Assembly: GCA_013416795.1 (NCBI GenBank)
Contig: RQSC01000027.1
Span: 519,911 to 583,910 of the forward strand
Source of the DNA: Prasinococcaceae sp. CCMP 1430
Lineage: Eukaryota > Plantae > Prasinodermophyta
Direction of reading: 5' to 3'
DNA: 64,000 nucleotides
Shown: positions 44,804 to 53,831 of the stretch, piece after piece
Layout: every line of letters starts with the position of its first letter
Position numbering within the stretch: position 1 is the stretch's first letter
The notes under the pieces: generated by a model
What the model saw: the letters and a program-made list of their open reading frames with translations, nothing else
Database searches by the model: none
What the model was told of the DNA's origin: nothing
Made by a program: the position numbers and the translations under genes

Positions 44804-47800
44804 ATGGACGGCATGCACCCTGGAGGGGGCAGTGCCTCGTTCGGGGGTGCATATGAGGGTGGCGCGCAGCAGCAGCAGGAGCAGCAGCAGCAGCACAACG
44901 GTCTACGGGTCAAGGTGCCTGCAAGAGGCGCGGAAGGAGCTGCGGCGGACCTCACAGGTGATAACGCATCGCAATCGTTCGTGCTTGCGGACGGTCGCGA
45001 GGTGGTCGTGACGTACGACGACGAGGGCATGCCGCGCATGGAGGTGGCCGCCGCCGCGCCGTCCATGTGGACACCGCGGAAGCGTGCGGGCGGCAGCTCT
45101 GCCTTTCGAGAAGTGATGCGCTCAGGCGGCGGCGGGAAGGTCCTCCGAAACCCCAACGATGATGCGTCTCTGTGCCACAAGTCGCTCAACTACTTCACGC
45201 AGTCACACCCGCTGCGGCAGTTCTGCATCCGCGTATGGCGCAATCCCAACTTCGAGGTCCTAATCATGCTGCTCATTTTTGCCAACTGCGTCACGCTCGC
45301 GCTGTACGATCCGACCATGCCCGAAGGCGAGGGCAAGTTCAACAAGGCCGCAGAGCAGTCCGAGGTCGTCTTCACAGTGCTCTTCACGATGGAGTTCGCC
45401 CTGAAAGTTATCGCGATGGGCTTGGCCCTCGCGCCGAACACGTACTTCCGCGATGGGTGGAACGCGATGGACGGTATCATCGTCATATTCTCGCTGCTCG
45501 GATTTATCGTGCCCGCAGCCAACATCAGCTCCGTCCGCACGGCGCGCGTCCTGCGCCCGCTGCGATCGATCTCAGTGCTGCCGGGCATGCGCATTCTGGT
45601 GAGCACGCTGCTGAACGCAATGCCGGCGATCGGAAACGTCATGCTGCTTTGCGCGTTCCTTTTCTTCGTCTTTGGCATCCTGGGTGTACAGCTCTTCGAG
45701 GGCGCGCTGCGCAATCGGTGCGTGGCGCCCGATCCAGGCACTGGCCAGTTCACGCAGGTGGTAGACATGGACGCCATATGCACCAACGCCACCTACCCAT
45801 GGCACGGCCCGCACTGCGACGAGGGCCACGTGTGCATGGACTGGTCAGACCTGAAGGTTGAGCTCGAAGGCGACACATACCATGGTTACGAGATCGGCCC
45901 CAATCCCAACTACGACATCACGCACTTCGACGACTTCCTGTTCGCCACACTGGCCATGTTCCAGAGCATCACGCTCGAGGGCTGGACACCAATAATGTAC
46001 AACTGCATGGACGGCACCTCCGGGTGGTCCTTCATCTACTTCACGCTCCTCATCTTCTTTGGCAGCTTCTTCGTGCTCAATCTCGCGCTCGCCGTGGTCT
46101 CAGAAATGCTCGATGAAACTGCGAAGGAGATCACAAGTGAGATGTACGAGGAGGAGGAGAACGCCAAAGCCGATGAAGAGCAAGGTGGCGGCGATGACGG
46201 CGAGGCCGCCGCGCTTGAAGACGGCACGGCAGATGATGGGGCGGAGATGGAGCCCGATCGGCGCAACATTCTGCAGAAGGCCGCCAGCGCTGCCGCGGGT
46301 GTTGCGGGCGCTGTGGGTGAGTCCATAATGAGTGCGGCAGAGACGGTCGGGCTTGGGGCGATCGACGACGATGACGCCGCGCAAAGGCTTTCCATCCGTG
46401 GCATCTGCCGCGGCATCATCGACTACGAGTATTTCTCGCCGTTTGTCACAGCCATCATCTTGCTCAACACCGTTATTCTTGCGGTCGAGTACGACGGCAT
46501 GTCCGAGTCGACGACTGATGCGCTCGATCAGGTCAACATCGGCTTTGCCATCTTCTTTATCGTCGAGATGGTGGTCAAAGTGTTGGGGCTGGGACTCAAG
46601 GAGTATGCGGCGGACCGATTCAACCTGTTCGACGCTTTTGTGGTCGGCTTGTCCATCATTGAGCTCGCTTCGGCGGGGGGCGGATCGCTCTCAGCCCTGC
46701 GGGCCTTCCGCATCCTCCGCGTGCTCAAGCTCGTGCGCTCGTGGGTATCCCTGCAGAAGTTCCTGGTGACGGTCTACCGCACGGTCACCGAGCTGGGCAA
46801 TTTGTGCTTCGTCGTGTTGCTCATCATCTTCATTTACGCCCTGCTGGGCATGCGGCTCTTCGGAGATCAGATGAACGACCTTCCGGGTGGGAGGCCTCGG
46901 CACCACTTTGACACGCTCCTGTGGGCCATGATCACCGTATTCCAGGTCCTGACGGGCGAGGACTGGAACGCCATAATGTACGACTGCATGCACGCGACCT
47001 CTGGCGCAGCGAGCATGTACTTCGTGACGCTGCTCATCTTCGGAAACTTCCTCATCGTGAACCTCTTCATCGGTATCCTGCTGGCTAACTTCGGCGAGGA
47101 GGTCGTGGACGATCCAGACATAGACCCTGAAGAGCTTGAGCACAAGGAGGAGCAAGAGCGAAAGCAGAAAGAGAAGAAAGAGAAGGAGAAGGAGCTGAAG
47201 AAGTTCCGCGCGGAGGCCGTCAAAGCCGACCCCAACCCATATGCAGGCAACGCCATTTGTCGCCTCAGCGAGCTGGAGCACAAGTCGCTCGGACTCTTCG
47301 AGACGACCTCTGGCGTTCGCACGATGGCCTACCGCATTGTTGACGACAAAAGGTTCGAATATGCCATCATGTGCCTGATCGCCATCAGCTCAGGTGTCAT
47401 GGCGTACGAGGCTCCCTCAGTGACTGCGAATGCAGACACGCGCGAGATCTTGGATGCGATCGACGCCACTTTCGCGGCGATCTTCTGCTTGGAGATGGCG
47501 CTCAAGCTGGTGGCCCTCGGAGGATTCAAGGGTCCGTACGCCTACGTGAAGGACGGCTGGAATGTTCTGGATGGCACCATCGTCATCTTCGCCGTGATCG
47601 GTATCGCTCTGAAGGATTTGAACCTCGGGTGGGTCCGCGCGCTGCGCGCCCTGCGCGCTCTGCGGCCGCTGCGCGCGATTTCGCGTATTCCCGAGCTCAA
47701 GGTGGTGGTCAATGCCCTCATTGCTTCCTTTCCGGGCATGGGCAATGTGATCGTCATTTGCCTGCTCTTCTGGTTCATCTTCGGCATCCTGGGCATGAAC

Positions 47801-50248
47801 CTCTTCATGGGCAAATTCCACTACTGCACGGATGGTGACGTGTTGACCAAGGAGGAGTGCACGGGCGTCGTGTGCGAGGTCGACTGCGAGGTCGTGCCTG
47901 AGTGCGCCGCGCTTCCCGATGGAGGGCTTTCTCTGCATGACTTCGACGCGCTGCGCGCGCTCGCCGACAACGACACCCTCTTCCCGGGAGCTGAGCTCAA
48001 CGCATCCAATCCGCTGGTGGAGAGCCTTGCCCGGGAATGGGCCAACAACGTCACGTTGCCCCCCGCCGCGCCAGCCACCGTGGCCGATCCCGCCGACGCA
48101 AACGCCACTTCCGACGATGACGCCGCGAGCCCGCCGCCGCATTCCGCGGAGGCGTATGCGCTTGCGCGCACGCTTCAATTCGGTGACTGTGCGGAGGCCT
48201 TCTCCAGCTGCGAAGCCGTGTCGTGCGCGGATCGCGAGTGGGAGAATTACGACATGAACTTCGACAACCTTGGCCAGGCCATGCAGACACTCTTCGAGAT
48301 GTCCACCACGGAGGGCTGGACTGCGGTGATGTACCAGGGGGTTGACGCCGTTGGCATTGACCATGGGCCCATCGAGTACTACAACGAGCCTGTGACCGCA
48401 TACTTTCTCATTTTTATGGTGATCGGATCCTTCTTCCTCCTTAACTTGTTCGTCGGCATCATCCTCGACAACTTCGCGCGGTTGCGCTCTGAGAGCGAGA
48501 CGGGCAGCGTGTTCCTAACTAGCCGACAGAAGGCGTGGGTGGACGCCGCGCGTTTGGCCTTCAGCCAGGCTGCCGAGGCGGAGCCTGAGCCGCCCGAGCA
48601 TCCCACGCGCAAGATGTTCTTCGACGTTGTGAGCGACGTGCGTTTCGAGTACGCAGTGTTGGGTGCCATTTTGTGCAACACGATCGTCATGGCTATGAAC
48701 CACTACGACATGTCCGACGATTTCGTCACTATTCTTGAGATTCTTAACTACCTCTTCACAGCCTTCTTCACGTTGGAGGCCGGGGCCAAGATCATAGGCC
48801 TCGGCTTTGGTGGCTACCTAGCGAATCACTGGAACAAGTTCGACTTCGTCGTGGTCCTCGCGAGCTGGGTCGGTATCATAGCAGGCTCGGGCGGGTCCAT
48901 CAGCGCCATTCGCATCTTCCGCATCGCGCGCGTGTTCAGGCTCGTACGCCGTCTGAAGACCGTGCGCACCATGTTCACGACGCTACTCGTTGCGCTACCC
49001 ACCCTCGTCAACGTGTTCATGCTGGTGCTGCTCATATTCTTCGTATTCGCCGTGCTGGGTGTGAACATGTTCGGCACGGTTGAGGAGGGCGAGTGCGTCG
49101 ACAAGCACGCCAACTTTTCGACGTTCGGCAAGAGCATGCTGCTGCTCTTCAGGAGCTCTACCGGCGAGGCCTGGAACTGCATCATGTACGACGTGATGGT
49201 GTCCGGCGACAAGTGCGACAGCACAGAGATCAAGGACGAGCATGGAAATATCCTCAAGCACAACAACTGCGGCAGCCCCATCGCGCCGATCTATTTCGTC
49301 CTCTTTGTGCTCATTGGCTCCTTTCTCATGCTCAACCTGCTCATCGCTGTCGTGCTTGAGAACTTCTCTGCCAATACCAAGGCTGACGAGCTGGAGATCA
49401 ACAAAGACACCATCGATGACTTCAAGGACGTGTGGAAGCGCTTCGACCCGCGCGCCACAAACTTCATCAAGGTGCACGAGCTCGAGGCGCTCGTGCGCGC
49501 GACTCCCAAGCCGCTTGGACTCGCCGGCACAGACCCGACGCGCAAAGAGATGGCCATCTTCCTGGCCAAGCTCAAGCTGCCCGCCGGTGACTACCTGCTC
49601 TTCCAGGACGTCATTCGTGCGCTCTCCTTGGCGGCCATAGGAGTGAACGATAATGAGCTGCCCAGCGAAATTCGGAAGAGCCTCGAGGTGCAGGCTAACA
49701 GGCAGCGAAACGATCTCGTCGCGACAGCTGAGGAGTCCGGGCACGTCAAGGACGTCCGCGGCAAGGCGGCAATGCTGGACATGAAGCCAGGCGAGCTATA
49801 TGCGTTGCAGCTCGCGCAGTCATGGGTGAAGGGGTGGATCGAGCGCAAGCGCCGCAAGAAAGAGGAGGAGAAGCGCCGAGAGGAGGGCCTCGCGAGCGCC
49901 GACAGGCGTGCCGCGGAGCATGTCATGGCACTGCTTGAGCGCGCGCGTGCGGAGTTCAACTCGACGAGTGGCGCCGCTGCAGGTAGCATGGGCTTTGACG
50001 CGGTGGCCTCGCCGCCCGCCTCAGCACTGGCGCGCGCTGGGGCCGAGGCGCACATGGCGGGCCTGCTCTCGAAGGGCTACGAACAGCGTGCTGGCATCGG
50101 TGATGCGGCTGACGCGCCTGCTGCCGATCCTGACGTCGGTGTGCTCGGTCAAGGCTGGGGCGGCGAGGGCGCAGCATCCGGCGGTGGTGCTGAGCTGCCG
50201 CAGATGGGCGGCTTCTCGTCGACAAACCCCACCTTCGACGGCCGTTGA
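44804..50248 (+). CDS. Four-domain voltage-gated cation channel alpha subunit, EEEE selectivity filter (Cav type), intronless
   Basis: Four 6-TM repeats with S4 arginine ladders; pore loops ITLEGW, LTGEDW, STTEGW and STGEAW; EF-hand-like segment and an IQ-like motif in the C-terminus; TGTAA at 50350. Confidence 0.96.
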   Translation: MDGMHPGGGSASFGGAYEGGAQQQQEQQQQHNGLRVKVPARGAEGAAADLTGDNASQSFVLADGREVVVTYDDEGMPRMEVAAAAPSMWTPRKRAGGSSAFREVMRSGGGGKVLRNPNDDASLCHKSLNYFTQSHPLRQFCIRVWRNPNFEVLIMLLIFANCVTLALYDPTMPEGEGKFNKAAEQSEVVFTVLFTMEFALKVIAMGLALAPNTYFRDGWNAMDGIIVIFSLLGFIVPAANISSVRTARVLRPLRSISVLPGMRILVSTLLNAMPAIGNVMLLCAFLFFVFGILGVQLFEGALRNRCVAPDPGTGQFTQVVDMDAICTNATYPWHGPHCDEGHVCMDWSDLKVELEGDTYHGYEIGPNPNYDITHFDDFLFATLAMFQSITLEGWTPIMYNCMDGTSGWSFIYFTLLIFFGSFFVLNLALAVVSEMLDETAKEITSEMYEEEENAKADEEQGGGDDGEAAALEDGTADDGAEMEPDRRNILQKAASAAAGVAGAVGESIMSAAETVGLGAIDDDDAAQRLSIRGICRGIIDYEYFSPFVTAIILLNTVILAVEYDGMSESTTDALDQVNIGFAIFFIVEMVVKVLGLGLKEYAADRFNLFDAFVVGLSIIELASAGGGSLSALRAFRILRVLKLVRSWVSLQKFLVTVYRTVTELGNLCFVVLLIIFIYALLGMRLFGDQMNDLPGGRPRHHFDTLLWAMITVFQVLTGEDWNAIMYDCMHATSGAASMYFVTLLIFGNFLIVNLFIGILLANFGEEVVDDPDIDPEELEHKEEQERKQKEKKEKEKELKKFRAEAVKADPNPYAGNAICRLSELEHKSLGLFETTSGVRTMAYRIVDDKRFEYAIMCLIAISSGVMAYEAPSVTANADTREILDAIDATFAAIFCLEMALKLVALGGFKGPYAYVKDGWNVLDGTIVIFAVIGIALKDLNLGWVRALRALRALRPLRAISRIPELKVVVNALIASFPGMGNVIVICLLFWFIFGILGMNLFMGKFHYCTDGDVLTKEECTGVVCEVDCEVVPECAALPDGGLSLHDFDALRALADNDTLFPGAELNASNPLVESLAREWANNVTLPPAAPATVADPADANATSDDDAASPPPHSAEAYALARTLQFGDCAEAFSSCEAVSCADREWENYDMNFDNLGQAMQTLFEMSTTEGWTAVMYQGVDAVGIDHGPIEYYNEPVTAYFLIFMVIGSFFLLNLFVGIILDNFARLRSESETGSVFLTSRQKAWVDAARLAFSQAAEAEPEPPEHPTRKMFFDVVSDVRFEYAVLGAILCNTIVMAMNHYDMSDDFVTILEILNYLFTAFFTLEAGAKIIGLGFGGYLANHWNKFDFVVVLASWVGIIAGSGGSISAIRIFRIARVFRLVRRLKTVRTMFTTLLVALPTLVNVFMLVLLIFFVFAVLGVNMFGTVEEGECVDKHANFSTFGKSMLLLFRSSTGEAWNCIMYDVMVSGDKCDSTEIKDEHGNILKHNNCGSPIAPIYFVLFVLIGSFLMLNLLIAVVLENFSANTKADELEINKDTIDDFKDVWKRFDPRATNFIKVHELEALVRATPKPLGLAGTDPTRKEMAIFLAKLKLPAGDYLLFQDVIRALSLAAIGVNDNELPSEIRKSLEVQANRQRNDLVATAEESGHVKDVRGKAAMLDMKPGELYALQLAQSWVKGWIERKRRKKEEEKRREEGLASADRRAAEHVMALLERARAEFNSTSGAAAGSMGFDAVASPPASALARAGAEAHMAGLLSKGYEQRAGIGDAADAPAADPDVGVLGQGWGGEGAASGGGAELPQMGGFSSTNPTFDGR

Positions 50249-50614
50249 CGCGCAGCAGTCCCCCGCGCACCCCCCCCAGCGGGTAAGTGCCCTGCCTCCC
50301 GTTATGAGAGGGCAGGGCACAGTGCAGATATCTGCCCACCGCTCCATTCTGTAATTTGCTGTCTGCAGAGACTAGGGAGGGCGTGTCCAGCGCGTCAACG
50401 CTGCTCGCTAGCTCGCGGCCCCGAAAGCGAGCGCGAGGGCGGCGGCGCGCGCCCGGACGGCATCGACGCGGCTTGACTCGCATCGGTACGCTGTGTGCGC
50501 TCACTTACGTTCTCTTGGCTCAGAGCTCTCGCGCAATCGAGGTCTGGTGTCATATGCGGCGCGGCGCGGCGCGCGCGTCTGTGCGCGTGCGTGGTGCGCG
50601 CGCGCTCCACTACC

Positions 50615-51421
50615 TCAGTGCTGTGTGTGTGTGCAATCCTCGGTGTCGATGGCAACCGGCCCGATGTCGATCTCAGGTAGGTCTGGTAATGAGTCAGCTC
50701 CAAGCACGGGCGCGTCCAGTGCGTCAAGCTCGATGTCGAGCGCCGGCGGCGCGTCGTCGAGCGGTGGCGCTTCGGGGAGCGACACAGTCTCCAGCTCCTT
50801 CTGTGCGAGCGCCAGCGCCAGCTCGTCATCCTCCACGGCGTCCCAGAGCGCGTTCTGCGCCTGCGCGGCCGCGACGCCCGAGCCGCCCCCACGCACGCCG
50901 GCGGCCAAACGCTGCGCCCTGCGCGCGAACTCGGCGTCCTCTGCGCGCCGCGCGGCGGCGAGGACCTCCTCGCCCGTCACGCTGATGCCTTCGCACGGCC
51001 CGCGCGCGTACTCCTCGGCAAGCCTCGCAATCTCATCCCCTTGCGCGCGCACCGCGAGCTGTGCCGCCGTCTGCCAGCTGCTGGCCGGCGTCTTTGCCTG
51101 AATGGGCTTCAGCACGCTCCCCCCACCCTTGCCACCGAAGCCCCCGCCTTTGCCGCCGCCCAGCCCGCTCGGTTTGCTCACAGAGTTGGTGATATCGCCG
51201 AGCGTGCGCCTCGGTCGCAGGCCAGTGCCCGGGGTCTTGCCGCCCAGCGGTGCTGCCTGCTTGCCCTTGCCCGCGGGTGTCTGTATGTTGTGCAGCGGCG
51301 TGCCGAAGGAGCGGCTGCCGAGGCCCTTGCCGAGCGACGGCGTCCGCGGGTACGCAGACCCGGACGCGCCGGCGTTCTCATCCTGCAGCGCCGGCATCGC
51401 AAAGCGCACGCCGCCGTCCAT
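50615..51421 (-). CDS. Securin/PATRONUS-like APC/C substrate; ATG at 51421 or 51397
   Basis: N-terminal DEN box (51374-51382), D-box RRTLGDITN (51185-51211), several TP sites, basic disordered N-half and acidic/Pro-rich C-half. Confidence 0.6.
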   Translation of the reverse strand: MDGGVRFAMPALQDENAGASGSAYPRTPSLGKGLGSRSFGTPLHNIQTPAGKGKQAAPLGGKTPGTGLRPRRTLGDITNSVSKPSGLGGGKGGGFGGKGGGSVLKPIQAKTPASSWQTAAQLAVRAQGDEIARLAEEYARGPCEGISVTGEEVLAAARRAEDAEFARRAQRLAAGVRGGGSGVAAAQAQNALWDAVEDDELALALAQKELETVSLPEAPPLDDAPPALDIELDALDAPVLGADSLPDLPEIDIGPVAIDTEDCTHTQH

Positions 51422-52075
51422 GACGCGCGCGCTCAGCGAGGACACGTGGTCGACGTAGGATGGCTACCTTCCCCCCTTCGTCCCTGGCCCTCCCCCAACC
51501 ACGCGCAAGCCGAGCACGAGTGCCTCGCCGCGCCCCCCGGGCCCACCCTGCGGACCCACGGCCGCCCGCGCCCCCACGAAAGCTCTCGGGACGGCGAAGG
51601 CGAGCGCGCGGGAGCCTTGCCAGGCCTCGAGGCCTCCTCTCTTCCCTCCTCCACACCCCCGCCCCACCCGCCCCCACCCCCTCCGTTCCGATGCGCGCCC
51701 CGCGCGCGCCGTGTGGCACACATCGCGCGCGGCCGCGGCGCGAGCGCATGCGTCATTTAGGTCTTATCCATTAAAAGGGTTTGTAATCCACACATGAAAC
51801 GATTCATTTTGATGAGCGCGTCGCCCGTTCCTAGGTTAGGGTTGTGTTTGAGGCTTTCGAGTTTGCGCGCGCGCGCGCGCGCCCCTGCGCTTTTTGCGGC
51901 ACAAAACGCGCGCGCGCGCGCGCGCCATCGAAACGCAGGAGCGCGTTCGTCCCAGGTTCGGGCTTGAGATCCAGGGGAAGCGGAGGCTTCAGACCCGGGA
52001 TCAGACCTGTATGACCCGGTTCATCCGCACATATGACCTGGGTCGCGGCGGCAACGCGGGCGAGCGTCGCGTGCT

Positions 52076-53655
52076 GTGCATGGCGAGGCGGCCGCCGCGG
52101 CCGCTGCGCCAACGGGTGTGTTGGCTTCTGTGTCAGAAGCGGGAGTCGTGACGGTGAAGCTCGGGAGGAACGCAGAAGCAGTCGCGCCGCGCAGTGCGCA
52201 CGCAGCAGACCTGGCATACGTTGAGAAGCTCGAGGCGGCAGTGAGCGCAGCCGCCGGCAACAGCTGCGTGCACACCGTCGTGCTGGACCTGAGCGCGCCG
52301 GACTTCATGGCGCTCGGCGACCACATGTCTCTTGCGGTTGCGCGCGCCGAACAAGTCCAGGCGGCCACTACGCCGCATAAGTCTGAGCCGCAGCTGCCGC
52401 CAGGAGCAGCACAGGCGCTTCTGCGCGCGGAGGCGTCGCTGGCAGAAACCTGGTCGGGGCTGTGCGAGTCCAAGCTCTGCGTGGCGGTGCTCGGCGACGT
52501 GGTGAGCTCGCTCGGACTCGCACTCGCACTCCCATGCGCCTTGCGCGTTGCGGCGCACTCGACTGTGGTGCAGACTCCGGAAGCATTGCTGGGCCTGCCC
52601 GTGCGCCACGGCTTTGCGTCCGCAGCGTGCCACACCTTGGGCCCCGAGTGGTCGCTCTACCTCGCGCTCACCGGGCAGCCGCTGCCTCTGCGTGGCGCTG
52701 GGGAATCTGACCCGAGAGACCTGCTTGCCACGGGCATCGCGACTCATCTCACGCCTGACGAGAGCTTGGAGGACCTACTTTCTTCGCTGGGCACGGCGCA
52801 GACAGATGTCGACGCTCGGGAGGCTGTCGACGCTCTCGGGTTTGGGCTTGACGACCGTGACACACCGGCGGGCCGGTTGCGAGCGACAGTCGAAGAGTGC
52901 TTTTGCGGACCGCAAAGCATCACAGATGTTGACAGTGCACTGCAGAAGCATGCTGAGTCTGCCGAGGAGGACGGCGCGTGGGCAGCAGCATCGCGGGACG
53001 CGATGCACCTCGCTCCGCCGGCGGCGTGCGCTGCCATATTCGCACACATCAGGGGCATAGTCGGAGCACAACGCGCTGCGCGACGAGTGCCACCGTGGCC
53101 GCCAACAGGGCCCTCTCCGCTCGCGAGCGTGGCAGGGGCACTGGATGCCGAGTATCGCTTAACACTCAAGGTGCGAGCAGCATTCTCTTGCACAGTGTGC
53201 GCCTCGAGTGTGCTGACCGACTGCGCGCACAAAGGCGACATACTGCTGACGCATATACCGATGCTCTACCACAGCTTCTAGCGCGCGAAGACTTCTTGCG
53301 TGCCGTGTCTGCCCTTGGCGAGGACGAGCGCTGCGAGTGCTCACCCGCGGGACTGAAAGCGGCCATAAGCTCGATCGACGTGCTCGGGCTTACAGCGGAT
53401 CGCAACGACCTCCCGGCGAGCGGGAGCAGCAACGCCAGCCGACCTGGGTCTCCGGAGAGCCCGTACGCTCGGCGCCACGCTGAACAAGTCGCGAGGGACT
53501 GGGCGGACAGTCGCTACCCAGGCCGCCCCGCCGCGTTTACTGAGACGCGCCGTGCGAAGGTGAAGAAGCTCACAGATGCGCTCGCGGAGGACGGAGTCAA
53601 CCTCGATGACTCGCTCAAGGTTGAGCCTCTGAAGCGCGTGCGGCGCATTCGGTAG
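52076..53655 (+). CDS. Degenerate 3-hydroxyisobutyryl-CoA hydrolase-like (crotonase fold) protein; start not resolved; intron 53171-53274
   Basis: GVVTVKL, VAVLGDVV, RVAAHSTVVQTPEALLGL, SLYLALTG, DLLATGIATHL, VEECF and LDAEYRL|LLAREDF follow the HIBCH layout. There is no in-frame ATG between the upstream stop and the domain. Confidence 0.7.
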
Positions 53656-53831
53656 AGACGTGCAGTGCAGGGTAGCTACAGTAGCTAGATGTCGTAGATA
53701 GCTCGGTTTACAGCGCCGTAATAGGCTAGTACTTTCCGTGCTCTCTAGCCTAGTCGCGCAGCTACCGCTGCTCGCTTGAGGGGTCCAGCTCATATCATCG
53801 CGCGCAGGCGCTTCAGGTACACCGCACAGCT

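Noticed and set aside
51940-52040. Possible tRNA-Sec-like or structured RNA upstream of the HIBCH-like gene (CTTCAGA loop, GGATGAACC)
   Set aside because: The anticodon stem does not pair and no acceptor or T-arm cloverleaf could be built. A tRNAscan/Infernal run would be decisive.
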